From the NCBI GenBank assembly GCA_031459535.1, contig JAVKIJ010000091.1, forward strand, positions 1 through 11,159: a DNA stretch of 11,159 bases. The letters are read 5' to 3'. The position numbers and the translations under genes were made by a program. Of this stretch, positions 1 to 5,244 are shown piece after piece. Below the pieces are notes generated by a model, which worked only from the letters and a program-made list of their open reading frames with translations, did not search any database and had not been told where the DNA came from. Origin of the DNA: Candidatus Fervidifonticultor quintus (lineage in GTDB: Bacteria; Sysuimicrobiota; Sysuimicrobiia; Sysuimicrobiales; Humicultoraceae). How positions within the stretch are numbered: position 1 is the first letter of the stretch; the number at the start of each line of letters is the position of its first letter.

Positions 1-218
1 TGGTCGAGCAGATTCGGATCATGGTGACAGACACGCTGCGCGCGGGCGGAGAGGTCACGGTCGCCTCGCTCCGCGATCGGCTGCAGACCAGCCGCAGGTA
101 TGCGCTGGCGCTGCTCGAGTACTTCGACGCCATGCGGGTGACGCGGCGCGTCGGAGACCGTCGCGTCCTGGGTGCGCTGGCCGACGAGCCGCTCCCGCGG
201 AGTCGTCACCCCGGCTAG
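1..218 (+). CDS. selB: Selenocysteine-specific elongation factor SelB, C-terminal fragment (last winged-helix, SECIS-binding domain); 5' end lies outside the window
   Basis: The frame is open from base 3 ([56 protein letters not shown]) to TAG 216-218. It matches the SelB C-terminal signature S-R-[KR]-Y-A-x-x-L-L-E-Y-[FL]-D...T-R-R-x-G-D-x-R, and tRNA-Sec lies 2.6 kb downstream on the same strand. Confidence 0.93.
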   Translation, partial: VEQIRIMVTDTLRAGGEVTVASLRDRLQTSRRYALALLEYFDAMRVTRRVGDRRVLGALADEPLPRSRHPG

Positions 219-1492
219 TCCCCGGTAGCGATCCTGACCTCTCCCACGCGCGTCTGGGCCGACCAGGTCTCGAACTCCACGCACAGGCCGGGCGAGATGG
301 GGAGCGGCACTCGGCCGGTGGCCCCAGGCCGGAGCTGCAGCACCACGGCTGACCCAGTGCGGAGTTCCTGCACCGGCCGCGGTGATGGCGGCAGGGGAGG
401 CAACGATGCAAAGACCCGACACGTGACGGTCAGGTCCGCCGCCACCGTCACGCTGGCGACCAGCAACGTGCTCGTGTTGGTGACCACCGCCATGAAGGTA
501 TCCCGGGTGGGGGGCGTGGAGGTCGTCTGGATCTCGACGCGAATGAGTCGGGCCACCAGCGTGGCGAACTGTTGAAGTTCCCGAACAATTTCGCCGGTGC
601 GCTCGGCCAGGGACCCGGTGATGGATCCAGCCGGCCTGATGACTACGGCGTACCGCCGCACAATATCAGCGACCGGCAGCCGTACCTCGAAGGTTGCGAT
701 CCCGCCTGAGGGCACGGGAATGGGTACCAGAGGCGCGTCGGCCTGACCGAGCGGCTGGCCGCCCGGGCCGAAGGCCCTGACCTCGGCGTAGGCCGACCGC
801 GTCCGGCTCCGGTTCTCGACGACCCCGGTCACTACCAGCGTGGAATCCTCCACGCGCGCGGACACCGTCCGGATGCTCCACGTGCCGGATGCAGTCGTCG
901 GTGCCGGCGCGGGCGCAGAGGGTGTTGGGCCAGGGATCGGGGACACCGTCGGAGAGGGCACCGGCTGGGACCGCGGGAGGTCCTCGGGCGGGAACACCGT
1001 CACGGCCTCCACGCGGCCACCGCGGAGAAGAAACGCAATCCCGCCAAACGGATAGGACAATAGGTCGCCGTCGGCCTGGGGTGTGACCACGCTCGCCGGC
1101 GCGCCGGCGTACGCTTCCCGCACCCTGGAGGCCGGGGCGCCCGGGCCGATCCCTCGGCCGGTGCGGCACTGGCTGCTCCGCGTGCTGAGCTGCCAGACGG
1201 CGCCTCCTCGCAGGACGAGTTGCCACCAGGGAGCCAGCAGGTCGTAGATGGTCTCGTGCTCAGAGGTGTGCTGACGGACGGGTGGCCCGGCGACCGCCAG
1301 CGCCTCGCTCAGCGCCATGCCCAACCGGAGCGCGCCGATCCCTCGGCCCTCGACGATGGTGCACGGCGCCGGGCCGCCGCCGGCGAGCGGGGCCGCGCCA
1401 GACGCAGCGGCCAGCGCTCCTGCCAGCGCGGCGCCGACGACTACTGCTGCTCGGCGATGGTGACGTCCCCGACCCGGTGGCTCGACGACCAC
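215..1492 (-). CDS. Secreted hypothetical protein, paralog B (~425 aa): signal peptide, duplicated alpha/beta N-domain, Pro/Thr/Ser linker, FxLYD-like Ig domain, second Ig-like domain
   Basis: Part of ORF 215..1633 and colinear with the upstream paralog. I placed the start at GTG 1492 because it is the last in-frame start codon before the basic plus hydrophobic segment [26 protein letters not shown], with AGGGGG about 10 nt upstream. The segment [11 protein letters not shown]...[14 protein letters not shown]...[11 protein letters not shown] resembles FxLYD/DUF3426-type domains. The start position is uncertain. Confidence 0.8.
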   Translation of the reverse strand: MVVEPPGRGRHHRRAAVVVGAALAGALAAASGAAPLAGGGPAPCTIVEGRGIGALRLGMALSEALAVAGPPVRQHTSEHETIYDLLAPWWQLVLRGGAVWQLSTRSSQCRTGRGIGPGAPASRVREAYAGAPASVVTPQADGDLLSYPFGGIAFLLRGGRVEAVTVFPPEDLPRSQPVPSPTVSPIPGPTPSAPAPAPTTASGTWSIRTVSARVEDSTLVVTGVVENRSRTRSAYAEVRAFGPGGQPLGQADAPLVPIPVPSGGIATFEVRLPVADIVRRYAVVIRPAGSITGSLAERTGEIVRELQQFATLVARLIRVEIQTTSTPPTRDTFMAVVTNTSTLLVASVTVAADLTVTCRVFASLPPLPPSPRPVQELRTGSAVVLQLRPGATGRVPLPISPGLCVEFETWSAQTRVGEVRIATGD

Positions 1493-2673
1493 TGCACCGC
1501 GACCCCCTGACAGACGCCGCCGGCCAGGGTCAGGACGGCGTGCGCGGACGCTCCAGGCCGCAGCGGTTGCGCGACGATCACGCTGCCGGTCCACGTCTCC
1601 TGGACGAACTGGCCGGCCGCGGTCAAACGGCATGTCACGTTGACCTCGACCGTAACCGTGGCGCGTGAGAGGACGAGCCCGCTGCCGTTGGTCACCGTGA
1701 CACCGAAGTCGTTGCGGGTGGGGTTGGGAGTCCTGGCCTGGACCTCCACCTGCAGCTGACGCGCCACGATGGGTGCGAAGATCGCGGGCGTGCGCACCTG
1801 ACCTGTGTAGTCCGCGAGTTTGCCGCCGCCCCGCGCAGGGCGGATGGTCACGGTGAACCTGGTCACCACGTCGGCAATGGGAAACCGCACCTCGAAGGAT
1901 GCAGCGCCTCCCGACGGGACGGGGTTGGGCTGAACCGGCGCGTTACCCTCGCCGACCCGGCGTCCGGCCGCGTTGAACGCCGCCACTTCGGCATAGGCGC
2001 TCTGCGTGGCACTTCTGTTCTCCACGGTTCCCGACACCACCAGGTCGGTGCCTTCCACCCGGAGGGAGACTGAGCGGACGCTCCACGCGCCCGCCGGCGT
2101 CGTGGGTGTGGCGGTCGGCGCAGGCGAGCTGGCCGGTGTGGGTGAGGTGGCCGGCTTGGGCGCAGAGGGTGTCGCAACGGCCGCGGGCGTGCGGGGGCCG
2201 CCCAGGCTCTCGGCCCGGAAGACCTCGACGGCGTCTACGCGATCGTGCTTGAGCAGGAAGGCCACGCCGAGGGTGGGATAGGTGAGGATCTGCCCCTCGG
2301 CAACGAAACGTGTGGTGCTGACCGGCGTGCCGGCGTAGGCCTCCCGAATCTGGTCGAGGGTGGCTCCCGGCCCGATGCCGCGCGTCGTGCGGCAGCCAGC
2401 CGCGCGCGTGGCCAGGCGTTGAACGATCCCGTCCTCCACGTTCACCTGGTCATAGAGGCCCCCAAAAAGGTAGATCGTCTGGGAACCCGATGCGATCTGT
2501 CGCAGCGGAGTTCCGGCGATGCCCAGCGCTGCGTGCACCGGCATGCCGATCTGGATGGCGGCGATCCCGAACCCTTCCGTAATGGTGCAGGCAAGCGGTC
2601 CTCCAAAGGCCGGAACGACGGCCAGTGCGGTCGCCAGGGCGGTGATCAGGACGAACCAGGTCTGCGCGCCCAT
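1441..2673 (-). CDS. Secreted hypothetical protein, paralog A (410 aa), same architecture as paralog B
   Basis: ATG 2673 to TAG 1441. Signal peptide MGAQTWFVLITALATALAVVPAFG, Pro/Thr linker (TPSAPKPATSPTPASSPAPTATPTTP), and FxLYD-like segment LVVSGTVENRS...AEVAAFNAAGRRVG...VPSGGAASFEV. Full-length similarity to the adjacent ORF. Confidence 0.88.
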   Translation of the reverse strand: MGAQTWFVLITALATALAVVPAFGGPLACTITEGFGIAAIQIGMPVHAALGIAGTPLRQIASGSQTIYLFGGLYDQVNVEDGIVQRLATRAAGCRTTRGIGPGATLDQIREAYAGTPVSTTRFVAEGQILTYPTLGVAFLLKHDRVDAVEVFRAESLGGPRTPAAVATPSAPKPATSPTPASSPAPTATPTTPAGAWSVRSVSLRVEGTDLVVSGTVENRSATQSAYAEVAAFNAAGRRVGEGNAPVQPNPVPSGGAASFEVRFPIADVVTRFTVTIRPARGGGKLADYTGQVRTPAIFAPIVARQLQVEVQARTPNPTRNDFGVTVTNGSGLVLSRATVTVEVNVTCRLTAAGQFVQETWTGSVIVAQPLRPGASAHAVLTLAGGVCQGVAVQWSSSHRVGDVTIAEQQ

Positions 2674-2762
2674 AATGTTTCACCCACGGGGAGATTCGAG
2701 TGCCCGCAGTGAGTACCTTCCCCCCATCCGACGTGCGCAGTCACCCCGGTGGCCGGCTGGGC

Positions 2763-2792
2763 TTGCGCGGGGCTGAGGGGTAGGCCTACAAT
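2763..2792 (+). promoter_or_regulatory. Sigma70-type promoter for selC
   Basis: TTGCGC (2763-2768), 18-nt spacer, TACAAT (2787-2792), ending 16 nt before the mature tRNA 5' end. Confidence 0.65.
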
Positions 2793-2808
2793 GCCCATGC
2801 GCGACCCC

Positions 2809-2904
2809 GGAGGGCAGTGTCCGCTGGTGCGGGCCCCGGTCTTCAAAACCGGTCGCTGGGCCGGGCCGGTCCAGGCTGGGTTCGATTCCCAGGGCCCTCC
2901 GCCA
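2809..2904 (+). tRNA. selC: tRNA-Sec (anticodon UCA), 96 nt, CCA encoded
   Basis: Folded by hand. Acceptor GGAGGGCA 2809-2816 / GGCCCTCC 2893-2900 (7 WC pairs plus A.G), discriminator G then CCA. Six-bp D stem GTCCGC/GCGGGC with a 4-nt loop TGGT. Anticodon stem CCGGT/ACCGG with loop CT-TCA-AA (TCA at 2843-2845). Long variable arm CTGGGCC...GGTCCAG. T stem CTGGG/CCCAG with loop TTCGATT. These are the hallmarks of bacterial tRNA-Sec. Confidence 0.97.
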
Positions 2905-2908
2905 GGCA

Positions 2909-2932
2909 CGTGGGGTTCCCGCGATCCCCGCG
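2909..2932. terminator. GC-rich hairpin between convergent selC and the hypothetical gene; possible terminator or processing signal
   Basis: CGTGGGG (2909-2915) pairs with CCCCGCG (2926-2932) and fills almost the whole 29-nt intergenic gap. There is no U-tract on either strand. Confidence 0.4.
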
Positions 2933-2933
2933 G

Positions 2934-3386
2934 TCAGATCCTGATGTCAACGATGGCGGAGACGCCCACGCCTGCCACGCGTCTGAAGGACTCCCAGGGC
3001 TTGAGGTTGTCGACGGGCACGTAGGCCTTGATGCGAAACACGGTCTGGAAGTCGGCCTCGAGCAAGGCCACGGCCTGCACCCGTTCCACCGCAGCCCGGG
3101 GGCCCGAAACCTGGGCTGCGCCAATATACGCGCCGGACGGGTTGCCGATGCCAATGGAGATGCTGAGGATCGGCACGACCTTGGTCTGCTCGCGGACGGC
3201 CACGCCGCGGTTCTGCAACAGGTCGTTGATGAAGTCGTTGATCTGCGGGGCAAACGTTCTCACTGCGTAGCCGATGCCCAGGGTCTTGATGATCCCGAAG
3301 ATGTCCTGGCCGCGCGCCTGAGCGGCGAAGCCGCCCACGGTCAGCGCGGTAACCACCAGGAGCGCTGCGACGCGATCCATTCGCAT
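2934..3386 (-). CDS. Conserved hypothetical secreted protein (150 aa)
   Basis: AAGGAGG 6 nt before ATG 3386. Signal peptide (MRMDRVAALLVVTALTVGGFAAQARG) and a beta-rich mature part (TKVVPILSI, YIGAAQVSGP, FRIKAYVPVD, GVGVSAIVDIRI). Amino-acid composition looks like a real protein, unlike the overlapping shadow ORFs. Confidence 0.88.
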   Translation of the reverse strand: MRMDRVAALLVVTALTVGGFAAQARGQDIFGIIKTLGIGYAVRTFAPQINDFINDLLQNRGVAVREQTKVVPILSISIGIGNPSGAYIGAAQVSGPRAAVERVQAVALLEADFQTVFRIKAYVPVDNLKPWESFRRVAGVGVSAIVDIRI

Positions 3387-3454
3387 GGACTGCCTCCTTG
3401 CCGGTTTTCGGCTCCTCTCCTGTTACGCAGCAGGCGTGGACCGGGTTCCGTCCA

Positions 3455-5140
3455 TCACTGGGTGACGGCGCCTTCCGATGCCGACGACACCAGGCGAGCG
3501 TACTTGGCCAGCGCGCCGAAGGTGTAGCGGGGCGCCGGCGCGGCCCAGGCCCGGGCACGCTCGGCCAGCACGTCCGCTGGCACGTCGAGGTCCAGGCGAC
3601 GGCTGGGAAGGTCGAGGACGATGGGGTCGCCCTCGTGCACCAGGGCCAGGGGACCGCCGACCATCGCCTCGGGCGCCACGTGCCCGACCATGAGCCCGTG
3701 GGTGGCTCCAGAGAACCGGCCGTCAGTGATCAGAACGACCCGGTCCCCCAGCCCGCGTCCGACCAGCGCCGCGGTGACACTGAGCATCTCGCGCATGCCC
3801 GGGCCGCCCTTGGGTCCTTCATAACGGATGACCACCACGTCGCCTGGGTTGATCTGGCCTCGGATAATCGCGGCGAATGCGTCTTCCTCTCGGTCGTACA
3901 CGCGGGCGGGACCGCGGTGTCTGGTTTGGGTAACGCCCGCCGTCTTGATGACCGCGCCGTCGGGCGCCAGGCTGCCACGCAGGATCGCCAGACCTCCCTC
4001 CTGCGACAGCGGCGCAGAGACCGGGACCACGACCGGCCGGGCGTCGGTCGCAGCCGACGCCAGGTTCTCGCCGATCGTGCGGCCGGTCACCGTGAGCGCG
4101 TCGCCGTGGAGCAGACCCGCGTCAAGCAGCGCGCGCATGACGGCCGGGACGCCGCCGACCCGGTCGAGGTCGGCCATCACATAGCGGCCACCGGGCCGCA
4201 TGTCGGCGATTCTCGGGGTTTTGCGGCTGAGCCGGTCGAAGTCGTCCAGAGCCAAATCAACGCCGGCCTCGCGGGCGATGGCCAGCAGGTGCAGGACCGC
4301 GTTGGTGCTGCCCCCCATGGCGACCACGACGCGGATGCCGTTCTCGAAGGACTGCCGCGTGAGGATGTCCCGGGGCCGGATGCCTTCACGGAGCAGGTGG
4401 AGCACGGCCTCGCCGGTGCGCCGATGCGCGTCGGCTCGGCGCGGGTCGAGCGCGGGAATGGACGCCGCGCCGGGCACCGACAGTCCCATAGCCTCGATAG
4501 CCGCAGCCATGGTGTTGGCCGTGTACAGACCGCCACAGGCTCCAGCGCCAGGGCAGGCCCGGCGCTCCAGCTCCTCTACAGACCGGGCGCTCATGCGGCC
4601 TTGCGCGTGCGCACCGACCGCTTCATAGACATCCTGGACGGTGACGTCCCGGCCCTCGAACTCGCCGGGCATGATGGTGCCACCGTACAGGAAGACTCCA
4701 GGCAGATTGAGCCGCGCCAGCGCCATGACCGACCCCGGCAGGCTCTTGTCGCAACCTGCGATGGCCACCAGGGCGTCGAAGCACTGGGCATGAGCCATGA
4801 GCTCTATGGAGTCGGCGATGACCTCGCGGCTGACGAGAGAGGCCTTCATGCCCTCGTGCCCCATGGCGATGGCGTCACTGACGGCGATGGTGCCGAACTC
4901 CTGCGGGGTCCCCCCCGCGGTCCGCACGGCTGCCTTCACGGCCTGGGCCTGCACGTTCAGGTTGAGATTGCAAGGGGTCACCTCGTTCCAGGTGCTGGCG
5001 ATGCCGATCAGGGGCCGCCGCAGGTCGGCATCGGACAGCCCCGTTGCCCGGAGCATGGCACGGTGCGGTGCGCGCTCAACGCCGTCGGTCACCGTACGGC
5101 TACGGTGCCGTAGATCAACGTCAGTCAGCATCCTGGCCAT
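3455..5140 (-). CDS. ilvD: Dihydroxy-acid dehydratase (561 aa), probably the [2Fe-2S] type
   Basis: Motifs include PCN, SDAIAMGHEGMKASLVSREVIADSIE, GCDKSLPG, CPGAGACGGLYTANTM, GGSTNAVLHLLAIA, YEGPKGGPGMREML and TDGRFSGATHGLMVGHVAPEA. Start placed at ATG 5140, 6 nt after SD GGGAGG (5152-5147). Confidence 0.97.
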   Translation of the reverse strand: MARMLTDVDLRHRSRTVTDGVERAPHRAMLRATGLSDADLRRPLIGIASTWNEVTPCNLNLNVQAQAVKAAVRTAGGTPQEFGTIAVSDAIAMGHEGMKASLVSREVIADSIELMAHAQCFDALVAIAGCDKSLPGSVMALARLNLPGVFLYGGTIMPGEFEGRDVTVQDVYEAVGAHAQGRMSARSVEELERRACPGAGACGGLYTANTMAAAIEAMGLSVPGAASIPALDPRRADAHRRTGEAVLHLLREGIRPRDILTRQSFENGIRVVVAMGGSTNAVLHLLAIAREAGVDLALDDFDRLSRKTPRIADMRPGGRYVMADLDRVGGVPAVMRALLDAGLLHGDALTVTGRTIGENLASAATDARPVVVPVSAPLSQEGGLAILRGSLAPDGAVIKTAGVTQTRHRGPARVYDREEDAFAAIIRGQINPGDVVVIRYEGPKGGPGMREMLSVTAALVGRGLGDRVVLITDGRFSGATHGLMVGHVAPEAMVGGPLALVHEGDPIVLDLPSRRLDLDVPADVLAERARAWAAPAPRYTFGALAKYARLVSSASEGAVTQ

Positions 5141-5163
5141 TGCCAACCTCCCAGACGGCAGTA

Positions 5164-5180
5164 TGGGTGACGATCACCCA
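5164..5180. promoter_or_regulatory. Perfect inverted repeat TGGGTGA-cga-TCACCCA in the ilvD/mutS divergent intergenic region; candidate operator
   Basis: Seven-bp arms with a 3-nt spacer. It overlaps a -10-like CATACT on the minus strand about 20 nt upstream of the ilvD start. Confidence 0.4.
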
Positions 5181-5229
5181 GCAATTGGCCACGGACCCCT
5201 CGGTTTCCCCCCGCGCCCCAGGCCGCCTG

Positions 5230-5238
5230 TGGTAGCAT
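5230..5238 (+). promoter_or_regulatory. Extended -10 promoter element for mutS (TGgTAGCAT)
   Basis: TG-n-TAnnnT ending 6 nt before the GTG at 5245. No recognisable -35 or SD. Confidence 0.5.
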
Positions 5239-5244
5239 GATGCC

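Noticed and set aside
1493..1633. N-terminal extension of paralog B to ATG 1633
   Set aside because: It lies wholly inside paralog A, is Arg-rich off-frame sequence, and would displace the signal peptide.
2688..2707. GGGGAGATTCGAGTGCCCGC as a remnant tRNA T-arm or att site
   Set aside because: It contains TTCGA but no proper stem and does not match the selC 3' end. No integrase is nearby.
2905..2936. TGA of the 150-aa gene followed by a hairpin as a possible SECIS
   Set aside because: Read-through would run antisense through the tRNA gene, and the hairpin is better explained as a terminator or processing structure between convergent genes.
3425..3457. ilvD TGA followed by a hairpin as a possible Sec codon plus SECIS
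   Set aside because: The TGA is at the normal IlvD C-terminus (SSASEGAVTQ). Read-through gives a short meaningless extension that is out of frame with the next gene.
2646..3527. ORFs spanning the tRNA region (2646..2909, 2749..3024, 2817..3527, 2843..3253)
   Set aside because: They overlap the well-formed tRNA-Sec and the real 150-aa gene, so they are spurious.
3398..5113. 571-aa ORF on the + strand
   Set aside because: Antisense shadow of ilvD, typical of high-GC codon usage, with no recognisable motifs.
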